Positions 1 to 7,302 of a DNA stretch of 64,000 nt are shown in pieces. The notes beneath the pieces are model-generated. The model did no database searches. It had not been told where the DNA came from and saw only the letters and a list, made by a program, of their open reading frames with translations. Numbering within the stretch: position 1 is the stretch's first letter; every line of letters begins with the position of its first letter. Source of the DNA: an uncultured Bifidobacteriaceae bacterium (GTDB lineage Bacteria; Actinomycetota; Acidimicrobiia; IMCC26256; DASPTH01); the NCBI GenBank assembly GCA_964505725.1, contig CAZDJK010000002.1, positions 19,426 through 83,425 of the forward strand. The letters are read 5' to 3'. Made by a program: the position numbers and the translations under genes.

Positions 1-1479
1 CGCGAGCAACTCGAACACCTCGTCGACATCAATCGGATCACCCGCACAGACGGCCTCGGCAGCTTCGAGGCTGCAACCCCCCGCGAACACCGACAGACGC
101 TCCAAGAGCCGCTGTTCCGGCTCGGTCAGCAGGTCGTAGGACCAGTCGATGGTCGCCCGCAACGTCTGATGGCGTTCGATCGCGTCGCGATCGCCACCGG
201 TGAGGAGCCGGAAGCGTCGATCCAGCCGCTTGGCCAACTCTGTGGGGTTCATCGCGGTGATGCGCGCCGCCGCGAGCTCGATCGCCAACGGGACGCCATC
301 GAGGCGTCGACACACCTGGGCGACGCCGTCCGCGTTGGTGGCGTCGATGACAAAGCCGGGCTTGACTCCCTGGGCTCGGTCCACGAACAGCCGCACCGCC
401 TCACAGGCACCTAGCTGGTCAAGATCGAACCTGTCGTCGGGCACCTCAAGGGAAGGAACCGGCCAGACCTGTTCACCCCGGACGCTCAACCCCTCGCGGC
501 TGGTGGCCAACACCCGCACCCGCGGACACGCCGCCTCGATCGCCCGGACCAACGCTACGACCGGACGCAACACATGCTCGCAGTTGTCTAACACCACCAG
601 CAGCTCCTGGTCCCGTAGATACGCGACCAGCGACTCCTCAACCGTCAGGCCGGGGCGCGCGGTCACCCGGAACACGCCCGCCACCGCATCCGCCACCACC
701 GCGCTATCGCGCACCGAAGCCAACTCACATAACCACGCCCCATCGGGAAACCGGGGCAGGACCTCCGCGGCGGCCTGCAACGCCAAACGGGTCTTGCCGA
801 CACCGCCCACGCCAGTGAGGGTCACCAACCGCTTCTCGCGCAGCACCTCCCCGATCTCCGCCACATCACGCTCGCGACCTACGAACGAGCTCAACTGCGC
901 GGGGAGGTTGCTCGGAAACGCCTCCAACGACCGCAACGGCGCGAACGTCTCGGTCAAGCCGGGCGCGTTCACCTGAAACACCCGCTCCGGACGAGACAAG
1001 TCCCGCAGCCGATGCTCGCCCAGATCGACCAGCACCACCCCTTCCACCAGCAAGTCGCGGGCGAGATCCGCGGTGGCTTGCGAACAGACGATCTGACCGC
1101 CATGCGCCACCGCCATCAACCGAGCCGCCCGATTCAACGCCGATCCGTAATAGTCACCGTCACGCGCACGCGCCTCGCCCGTATGCACACCCATCCGGAC
1201 CCGCACCGTCACGCCCCCAACCGGCGGCTCACCGGCGAGCGCCTGCTGCGCCGACAACGCCGCATCCAACCCATCACGAGCACTACCGAACGCGGCGTGG
1301 AACCCGTCCCCCGTGGTCTTCACCACATGCCCGCCATGCGACTCGATCGCCCCCCGCACAATCACGTCGTGACGGGCCAACACGTCATGCATCACATCGG
1401 GATGGTCCTCCCACAAGCGCGTCGAACCCTCCACATCGGTGAACAAGAACGTCACCGTCCCCGAAGGCAACCCAGCCAT
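1..1479 (-). CDS. Class III adenylate/guanylate cyclase domain fused to an NB-ARC/AAA-type P-loop ATPase regulator (N-terminal 493 codons; C-terminus lies beyond the window start)
   Basis: Absent from the ORF track because it runs off the window edge. My minus-strand translation from ATG at 1479 reads MAGLPSGTVTFLFTDVEGSTRLWEDHPDVMHDVLARHDVIVRGAIESHGGHVVKTTGDGFHAAF (cyclase motifs). Walker A LTGVGGVGKTRLA is at about 790-830, and AEAVCAGDPIDVDEVFELLA at the window edge. High GC3. Confidence 0.85.
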   Translation of the reverse strand, partial: MAGLPSGTVTFLFTDVEGSTRLWEDHPDVMHDVLARHDVIVRGAIESHGGHVVKTTGDGFHAAFGSARDGLDAALSAQQALAGEPPVGGVTVRVRMGVHTGEARARDGDYYGSALNRAARLMAVAHGGQIVCSQATADLARDLLVEGVVLVDLGEHRLRDLSRPERVFQVNAPGLTETFAPLRSLEAFPSNLPAQLSSFVGRERDVAEIGEVLREKRLVTLTGVGGVGKTRLALQAAAEVLPRFPDGAWLCELASVRDSAVVADAVAGVFRVTARPGLTVEESLVAYLRDQELLVVLDNCEHVLRPVVALVRAIEAACPRVRVLATSREGLSVRGEQVWPVPSLEVPDDRFDLDQLGACEAVRLFVDRAQGVKPGFVIDATNADGVAQVCRRLDGVPLAIELAAARITAMNPTELAKRLDRRFRLLTGGDRDAIERHQTLRATIDWSYDLLTEPEQRLLERLSVFAGGCSLEAAEAVCAGDPIDVDEVFELLA

Positions 1480-1900
1480 CCCAACCCCTTCTCGGCGCCC
1501 TCCCGCCAGCCAAGTAAACCAGCCAAATCGGACGGCCGTCACCTGCCCGCTGAGGCGCCCATAACGACAGCGGCGCGGAGCGGTTCGGGCCGTACCGATC
1601 CGGCGATCTGAGCGGGCCTCGCGCTCGTCGGTGACCTTTCGCGCGCGGTGCCTCACCACCGCGCATGTTCCCAAACGCCCGGACGCGATGCCTGTCCCTC
1701 CGCGTGCGCCACACAGGCCGAGCGTTATCACGCATACGGGAGGGGGTCTACGAATTCCTCAGGGCCTGCCGAACCGGCGCGCAGTGTGTCTGAGCCTCCT
1801 GCCCGAATTATCGCCACGGACCTTCCGCGGACTCGGCGCCCCCAACGCCAGCGCACACGCGCATCCGCGCCCGAAGGGCCGCCAACCTGCAGTTGTGTTC

Positions 1901-1925
1901 AGCGGACGACGGGACTCGACCCCGC
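1901..1925 (-). other. tRNA 3'-end-like fragment (T-arm plus acceptor 3' strand, tRNA-Gly-like), possible att remnant
   Basis: The minus strand reads GCGGG-GTCGAGT-CCCGT-CGTCCGC-T. That is a 5-bp T-stem, a 7-nt T-loop differing from canonical TTCGAGT at one base, a 7-nt acceptor strand and a U discriminator. No matching 5' half is present upstream. It sits 28 nt from the stop of the excisionase-like gene. Confidence 0.35.
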
Positions 1926-1953
1926 GGACCCCAACTTGGTGATGCGGTGGTCT

Positions 1954-2160
1954 TCAGGATCGACCGGTGCGTCTAGCCCAAGCTTCGATCTCCGGACGGA
2001 GCCACAACCGGACTCTCCCTTTCCCGAGATCGACGACCGGCCGGGGCATGTCGGGGTAGCGCCTGAGGTAGGTGGTGACGCTCTCGCGGTGCGCGAGACC
2101 GAGGATCTCCGCGACCTCCAGGGAATCGATCAGGTCCTCGCTGTTGATCCGCGGATTCAT
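1954..2160 (-). CDS. Excisionase/AlpA-family helix-turn-helix DNA-binding protein
   Basis: 68-aa ORF MNPRINSEDLIDSLEVAEILGLAHRESVTTYLRRYPDMPRPVVDLGKGRVRLWLRPEIEAWARR. This matches the typical Xis/MerR-like HTH pattern (L.v.E.a..lg.s...v........P.p........W...ei..W). Confidence 0.8.
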   Translation of the reverse strand: MNPRINSEDLIDSLEVAEILGLAHRESVTTYLRRYPDMPRPVVDLGKGRVRLWLRPEIEAWARRTGRS

Positions 2161-2169
2161 GGCAGGCGA

Positions 2170-2221
2170 GAGTCTAACGATCTCGCCAAGTGGTGTCCCG
2201 GCGGATAGACTAACGATCTAG
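2170..2221. repeat. Two direct copies of a 16-bp motif (G/T)AG(T/A)CTAACGATCT(C/A)G, 36 bp apart, just upstream of the excisionase-like gene
   Basis: GAGTCTAACGATCTCG at 2170-2185 and TAGACTAACGATCTAG at 2206-2221. The 10-nt core CTAACGATCT is identical at 2174-2183 and 2210-2219. Confidence 0.6.
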
Positions 2222-2483
2222 ACACTACAGAACGGCCCCGGCGGCGCGCCAAACACCCCGGGGCCTGGCCGGAACCTACGGAGAGGTACCGACGTGGCGG
2301 ATCATACGCACGGCGTGTCTGGCGACGATCTCGTAGTCTTGGATGAGTGGCAGGTCCGCGTCTGGGTAACTCGCGGACTGCCGGATCGTGAGGCGGAGCG
2401 GCTTCGCGACGACGTCGATGCTGATCTGAGGCCGTGGGCGGCGGGGCTGGGCGATCGCGTTTCGAGTTGCTCCGCGTTTCGGG

Positions 2484-3425
2484 TTGATGTCGACCAGTAG
2501 CCGCACGGTTCTTCTCGAACGGGGGACCGCAGCGCGAACTCCTCCATCTCGGGATTGGAGCTCGCTTGGGGTCGCGCTCCAGGAGGGTTTCGGGGCCCAA
2601 GGGCTCACCGTGCAGAGTTGTCGGCGACTACTCGAGGTCGCGTTGCGGTTCGTGGGCTTCGTCGAACACACGATCGGCGGTGAGCTCAACGACGTCTGCA
2701 AAGACGACGTCATGGCGTTTCTGGGTGCTGCATCCGCGGCGACTGGGGCCAAGCCCAGCGTCGCGACCCAGCATCTACGTCGCTCCGGCGTGCGTCTGTT
2801 GTTCCGGGTACTACGGCGGGCGGGAATCGTGGATCGCGACCCGACCATCGACATCGTCTTGGCAGCCCGCTCGTCGATGGCAGCGCGTCCACTGACTGAC
2901 GCCGAGATCGCGCTCGGCCGGAGTTTCGCATTGCACACGTTGACGGCGACCCGTCAGCCGGCGGCGTGGGCACTCGCGGAGGCGTCGGCAAGGACGTCGG
3001 AAATCCACTCGATCGGAATCCGAGACGTGGACCTCGACGCGGGCCGACTTTGGATACCCGGGAGCACCAAGACCAAGCCGCGCTTCGGCGAGTTGACTGA
3101 GTGGGGCGTTCGGCAGCTGGATCGTCGAATCAGGGCGCTCGGCGCGCAGGACGCGCCGGCGACGCCACTTGTGTACGAGGGCGCGGGTTCGGCGGAGAGC
3201 CGTCAAGCATCGTCATGCGCGGCGATCGCCGAGACGCTCCGGCGCTCCGGCTTGAACACCGAGCCCGACGTTCGACCTGTTTCGGTCGCGGCATGGGCCG
3301 GCCGACGAGCGTACGACGCCAGCGGTCGCATCGAAGACGCCGCTCGGGTACTCGGCGTTCGGAGCCTCGATCGGGCGGCGCGGCTCATCGAGTGGAACTG
3401 GACAGACCCACCGGAGCGGTCGTGA
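2484..3425 (+). CDS. Tyrosine recombinase (phage integrase family) homolog, apparently catalytically degenerate
   Basis: N-terminal SAM-like region (LGVALQEGFGAQGLTVQSCRRLLEVALRFVGFV). Box I-like ASARTSEIHSIGIRDVDLDAGRLWIPGSTKTKPRFGEL. The C-terminal region VRPVSVAAWAGRR...RVLGVRSLDRAARLIEW lacks HxxR, LGH and the Tyr nucleophile by eyeball alignment. GC3 is lower than in flanking core genes. Confidence 0.75.
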   Translation: MMSTSSRTVLLERGTAARTPPSRDWSSLGVALQEGFGAQGLTVQSCRRLLEVALRFVGFVEHTIGGELNDVCKDDVMAFLGAASAATGAKPSVATQHLRRSGVRLLFRVLRRAGIVDRDPTIDIVLAARSSMAARPLTDAEIALGRSFALHTLTATRQPAAWALAEASARTSEIHSIGIRDVDLDAGRLWIPGSTKTKPRFGELTEWGVRQLDRRIRALGAQDAPATPLVYEGAGSAESRQASSCAAIAETLRRSGLNTEPDVRPVSVAAWAGRRAYDASGRIEDAARVLGVRSLDRAARLIEWNWTDPPERS

Positions 3426-4717
3426 CTCGTCGTCGCCATGACGGGGTCTCCGCGCTCGAACGCGTCGAGGCCCTGCTCGCCAACCCCGCGCTCTACCGAC
3501 TCGCCGAACTCGTACCTGACGCGGACACGAGCCAGGGCGGCCGGCCACGCGACTATCCGACCTTCATGTGGCTGCTCTACGAAGCCCTCGTCACCGTCTA
3601 CGGCAGCGCCCGACGCGTCGAAGCCGAACTCGCCCACCCCATCGTCTGGAACCTCATCCGCATCACCATCCGAGAACGCTTCCCCCTCGACAAGGAACTC
3701 GAACTGCCCATACGTCCGATGCGCCGCCACCACTACCTCTACGCACGCAACCGCTACCTCACCGACCCCGAGGTCCTCACCGCGCTCGGCGCGCTCCACC
3801 GAGAACTCGCCGCCACCCAAGCCCGCGAACTCGGCCTCCTCGACCCCGACGGACCCGGCTCCTGGACCCACCCCCACCTGTCGCGCATGCTCCACGCCGA
3901 CGGGAAAGTCATGACCCCACTCGTCCGAGCCCAGCCGGGTAACCGCCGGCTCGACCGCGCCACCGGCGAACTCGTGTCGACCCGCTTCGAACCTGACGCC
4001 GCGCTGCACTTCGAAGGCGACGGCACCGCAGCATGGGGCACCAAATTCGTCCTCGTCGCCGCCCGCACCCAAGACGTGCACGGCCGGATCATCCTCGACG
4101 TCGACTGGGTCCCCACCCCTGGCGGCGAAGCCCGCACCGCCCTCGACTGCTTCACCCGCCTAGCCCCCAACATTCCCGGCGCGCAAGGTGTGATCTACGA
4201 CACCGCGCTGCGCGGCATCCACCACCAACATCTCATGCGCGACCTCGGCTGGCTCACCATGAACCGCGTCACCGCCGCCAAAGCCGCCACCACTAGACCC
4301 CGCCGGCGCGGCGGACAACGCGTCGAAAAGACTGTCCACCTTGAACACAAGACCATCACCCTCAAAGACGGCACCACCCGAACCCTGCAGCTGTACGCGC
4401 ACGGCGGCACGCTCGGCGTCGCGGAGCTCACCGACACCGGCGACCCCACCTTCGAGCCTCTCGTCCGGCTCCGCACGCATCGCAACCGAGACAAGAACGG
4501 GAAGTACCGCTGGTACAACGACTACCAACTCCCCGAACGCTACGAACACCGGACCATCACCGTCCGCCTCCACGGCAACGACGACGACGCGGCGCCCAAA
4601 CTCAACCGGACCGAGAACCTCCGACCCATCCCGCCCGGCGACCCCGACTTCGAACGGCTCTTCCCCCGCCGCAACGACGCCGAATCCATCAACCGCTACC
4701 TCGACGACACCCTCTGA
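3422..4717 (+). CDS. DDE-type transposase-like protein (IS4/IS5/IS1182-superfamily-like), ending at an in-frame TGA with the frame staying open to 4843
   Basis: GTG at 3422 overlaps the recombinase stop (GTGA). Motifs: GGRPRDYPTFMWLLYEALVTVYGSARRVE (DUF772-like transposase N-terminus), LHADGKV, GTKFVLVAARTQDVHGRIILDVDWVP, GVIYDTALRG, RRNDAESINRYLDDTL (D, D, E candidates). The upstream part of track ORF 3101..4717 overlaps the recombinase gene and is discounted. Confidence 0.65.
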   Translation: MTRRRHDGVSALERVEALLANPALYRLAELVPDADTSQGGRPRDYPTFMWLLYEALVTVYGSARRVEAELAHPIVWNLIRITIRERFPLDKELELPIRPMRRHHYLYARNRYLTDPEVLTALGALHRELAATQARELGLLDPDGPGSWTHPHLSRMLHADGKVMTPLVRAQPGNRRLDRATGELVSTRFEPDAALHFEGDGTAAWGTKFVLVAARTQDVHGRIILDVDWVPTPGGEARTALDCFTRLAPNIPGAQGVIYDTALRGIHHQHLMRDLGWLTMNRVTAAKAATTRPRRRGGQRVEKTVHLEHKTITLKDGTTRTLQLYAHGGTLGVAELTDTGDPTFEPLVRLRTHRNRDKNGKYRWYNDYQLPERYEHRTITVRLHGNDDDAAPKLNRTENLRPIPPGDPDFERLFPRRNDAESINRYLDDTL

Positions 4718-5076
4718 CTCGGACGCGCCCACAGCATCGGCCACGCCCGCCAACACCTGAACCTGCTCGGCTTCGCGCTCACCATCAACTCCCTCGCCCT
4801 CCACCGCCACCACCGAGAACCCCACGAGGCGCTCGCCGCGTAAGCACCCGGGCGTTCCTGGCCCGTTCGCAGGCACCGCGCCGCCCAATCCTGGATATTC
4901 GCCCTACACGGGATTAACAGCCCAAACCCCACATCCGGCCGGTGGCCACCCAGCCTTTACCGGATTCCATTTACTCCACCTATTGCCGCCCACCCTTTAT
5001 TGGGGCTGCATTTACTGGATCTATCCCTTCCCAGCCCGGCAGACTCCGGTTTTCTCCCAGGTATTCTCCAACCCCC

Positions 5077-5148
5077 GCCCCCGTAGCTCAGGGGATAGAG
5101 CATCGGTTTCCTAAACCGTGTGCCCAGGTTCGAATCCTGGCGGGGGCG
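5077..5148 (+). tRNA. tRNA-Arg (anticodon CCT)
   Basis: Cloverleaf folded by hand: acceptor GCCCCCG/CGGGGGC, D-arm GCTC-AGGGGATA-GAGC, anticodon stem CGGT/ACCG with loop TTCCTAA, T-arm CCAGG-TTCGAAT-CCTGG, discriminator G. CCA is not encoded (CCC follows). Confidence 0.9.
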
Positions 5149-5276
5149 CCCACGAAGTTCCTGGTCTGGCCTCATGAGACCGCGAGGCTGGTGTGATCCG
5201 ACCCCGAGTGGTGTGGAACCGGGCCGGCCCGGTGATCGACCTCTGGCATCGCCGGCCGTGGCGGCGGTGACCAATC

Positions 5277-5582
5277 ATGCACTTCGCGGATCCGGCGGAC
5301 CCGGAGGTCTTTGCGCGATCCGCGGGTGACCTCGAGAGTCGCATGCGCGCGATCGAAAGCTTTCGCGACTTCGAGGTCGTCCAGACGTCGGAGCGTGAGG
5401 TCATCCTGCTCATCTTCGGTGACACGACCGACGCGCTCGACCGGATCGCCAGCGAAGTGGGCTCACCTCGGCTGCGGGAGAACGTCGTTCTCCTCCTCGA
5501 CGCGCCGCCGCGGCGGTACGTCGGAGAGCCGATCGCGGCGTCACCGGACCTCGCTGGGGACCTTCCCGGGCGCGTAGGTTGA
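5277..5582 (+). CDS. Hypothetical protein
   Basis: 101-aa ORF with high GC3 and plausible composition (…MRAIESFRDFEVVQTSEREVILLIFGDTTDALDRIASEVG…). No family recognised. Confidence 0.5.
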   Translation: MHFADPADPEVFARSAGDLESRMRAIESFRDFEVVQTSEREVILLIFGDTTDALDRIASEVGSPRLRENVVLLLDAPPRRYVGEPIAASPDLAGDLPGRVG

Positions 5583-5612
5583 AGTATGACGAAGCCGGGT
5601 GAGGCGGGAGCC

Positions 5613-6083
5613 ATGTCGATCGGCCAGATCGTCGTCGGTGTCGACAGCAGCGAGGGAGCGCGGCGGGCCGCCGCATGGAGTGCCGCGTTGGCCGGGAAGC
5701 TCGGTGCGCACGTCACCGCCGTGCACGTCGTCTCTCAGACCTGGCTCGTCGAGCTCGGTGCGCTGCAGGTCGACACCGACGAGCTCGTCCGCCAGGCACG
5801 GGTGGAGCTCACGGGAACGTGGACGGCTCCGTTCCGAGACGCAGACCTCCACTACACGGTCGAGCTCGCCCAGGGAGACCCGGCCACCGAGCTGCTCCGC
5901 GTCGCCGCCGAGCGCAACGCGGACCTCATCGTCATCGGCGGGACGCACCACAGCGGCTTCCGCGACGCGCTGCTCGGCGGCACCGCACACCGCGTCGTGA
6001 ACCGAGGCGCGATCCCGGTCGCCGTGATCCCCGTGGAACCGGGCGACGAGGCCAAGAAGCGGGGCGTGCCCATCCCGGGCTGA
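5613..6083 (+). CDS. Universal stress protein (UspA family)
   Basis: MSIGQIVVGVDSSEGARRAAAWSAALA...ADLIVIGGTHHSGFRDALLGGTAHRVVNRGAIPVAVIP. GAGGCGGGAG lies upstream of ATG 5613. An alternative ATG is at 5586. Confidence 0.85.
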   Translation: MSIGQIVVGVDSSEGARRAAAWSAALAGKLGAHVTAVHVVSQTWLVELGALQVDTDELVRQARVELTGTWTAPFRDADLHYTVELAQGDPATELLRVAAERNADLIVIGGTHHSGFRDALLGGTAHRVVNRGAIPVAVIPVEPGDEAKKRGVPIPG

Positions 6084-6113
6084 CGCCATCGTGGCGCGGC
6101 CGTCGCCCACGGC

Positions 6114-7235
6114 TCACTCGCGGTCGGACTCGGCGCCCGCGAGCGACCGGCGGAGCGACCGGTAGACCGCCTCGGGGGTCAGGACGCCGAGGAAGCGCTC
6201 GCCGTCGAGCACCGCGACCCACCCGGCCTTGGTCAGCAGCGTCATCGCCAGGGCGTCCTGCAGCCGGCCGTCGCTCGGCACCCAGGCCTCGATGCGTTCG
6301 ACGTGGTCACGGACGGGACCGTCGCTCACGGCCCGGTCGACCCGTACCGACCCCCGCAGCACCCCGTTCAGGTCCACGACCGCGACCCAGCTCATGGAGC
6401 TGCGCCTCATGGCGTCGCGCGCGTCGGCCAGCGTGGCGTCGGGCGTGACGGTGGGCGGGTGTTCGAGCAGGTCGAGATCGATGGGCGTCACCCGCAGCCG
6501 CTTGAGCCCGCGGTCGGCGCCGACGAAGTCGGCGACCATCGGCGACGCCGGATGCCCGAGCACCTCCGACGGCGTGTCGTACTGCTCGAGGACGCCGCCG
6601 ACGTCGAGGATCGCGATGCGGTCACCCATCTTCACCGCCTCCTCGATGTCGTGGGTGACGAACACGACCGTCTTGCGCACCTCCTCCTGCAGCCGGAGGA
6701 ACTCGTCCTGGAGCCGCACGCGCGTGACGGGGTCGATGGCGCCGAACGGCTCGTCCATCAGGAGGACCGACGGGTCGGCGGCCAACGCGCGCGCCACACC
6801 GACTCGTTGCCGCTGACCCCCCGAGAGCTGCTCGGGGTATCGGTCGCGGTAGGTGCCCGGGTCGAGCCCGACGAGGTCGAGCAGCTCGTCCACCCGCGCC
6901 GCGACGCGTTCCTTGCGCCAGCCGAGCAGGTGAGGGACGGTCGCCACGTTGGTCCCGATCGTCTGGTGCGGGAACAGGCCCACCTGCTGGATCACGTACC
7001 CGATCCGACGGCGCAGCTGCACCGCGTCGGCGTGGGTCACGTCCTGGCCGTCGAGGAAGATCCGCCCGCTCGTGGGCTCCACGAGGCGGTTGATCATCCG
7101 GAGCGTCGTCGTCTTCCCGCATCCCGAGGGCCCGACGAGCACGCAGGTCGCTCCCGCCGGCACGCCGAGCGACAGGCTGCGGACGGCGAGCGTGCCGTTC
7201 GGGAAGCGCTTGCTCACCGCGTCGAGGCGGATCAT
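6114..7235 (-). CDS. ABC transporter ATP-binding protein with C-terminal tandem CBS domains (OpuCA/ProV-like osmoprotectant importer ATPase)
   Basis: MIRLDAVSKRFPNGTLAV..GPSGCGKTTTLRMINRL..LSGGQRQRVGVARALA..LLMDEPFGAIDP, then a CBS-like tail. I take ATG 7235 as the start, because the track start at 7334 would overlap the divergent permease gene. Confidence 0.9.
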   Translation of the reverse strand: MIRLDAVSKRFPNGTLAVRSLSLGVPAGATCVLVGPSGCGKTTTLRMINRLVEPTSGRIFLDGQDVTHADAVQLRRRIGYVIQQVGLFPHQTIGTNVATVPHLLGWRKERVAARVDELLDLVGLDPGTYRDRYPEQLSGGQRQRVGVARALAADPSVLLMDEPFGAIDPVTRVRLQDEFLRLQEEVRKTVVFVTHDIEEAVKMGDRIAILDVGGVLEQYDTPSEVLGHPASPMVADFVGADRGLKRLRVTPIDLDLLEHPPTVTPDATLADARDAMRRSSMSWVAVVDLNGVLRGSVRVDRAVSDGPVRDHVERIEAWVPSDGRLQDALAMTLLTKAGWVAVLDGERFLGVLTPEAVYRSLRRSLAGAESDRE

Positions 7236-7302
7236 GGCGTCGACGGATTCGGCTCCGATCGACGCACGATAGGCCCGAAGTCCGTGTGGGTAGCATCCCG
7301 AC

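Noticed and set aside
1480-1953. ORFs 1385..1735(-), 1631..1942(+) and 1648..2208(+) in the gap between the cyclase-ATPase gene and the Xis-like gene.
   Set aside because: Their translations are Arg/Pro-rich with no motifs and no clear codon periodicity. I treat the region as non-coding (promoter region of the cyclase gene plus the tRNA-like fragment).
2276-2506. A small gene between the Xis-like and recombinase-like genes. Candidates are plus-strand ORF 2294..2500 (68 aa, Asp-rich) and a minus-strand GTG 2506..2276 ORF (76 aa, ...DLPLIQDYEIVARHAVRMIRHV...).
   Set aside because: The two candidates share codon position 2, so periodicity cannot separate them cleanly. GC3 is about 70% for the plus ORF and about 85% for the minus ORF. 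Neither has a recognisable family or a clear SD, and both overlap the recombinase start. I cannot support either call.
4715-4717. Selenocysteine or genome-wide UGA recoding as an explanation for the in-frame TGAs at 4715-4717 and 15824-15826.
   Set aside because: TGA is clearly used as a genuine stop throughout the window, including many GTGA/ATGA coupled junctions. Neither protein family is known to use Sec, and I see no obvious stem-loop immediately downstream. Point mutation or consensus error is more parsimonious.
5077-5148. tRNA-Arg as the integration site (attL/attR) of the adjacent mobile module.
   Set aside because: The module lies on the 5' side of the tRNA, whereas integrases normally target the 3' end. 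I found no repeat of the tRNA 3' segment at the other side of the module. The fragment at 1901-1925 belongs to a different tRNA type.
4957-5274. 105-aa minus-strand ORF, and the plus-strand ORFs 4942..5196 and 5120..5329, around the tRNA.
   Set aside because: They overlap the well-folded tRNA-Arg gene and its AT-richer upstream region. Their composition is not protein-like.
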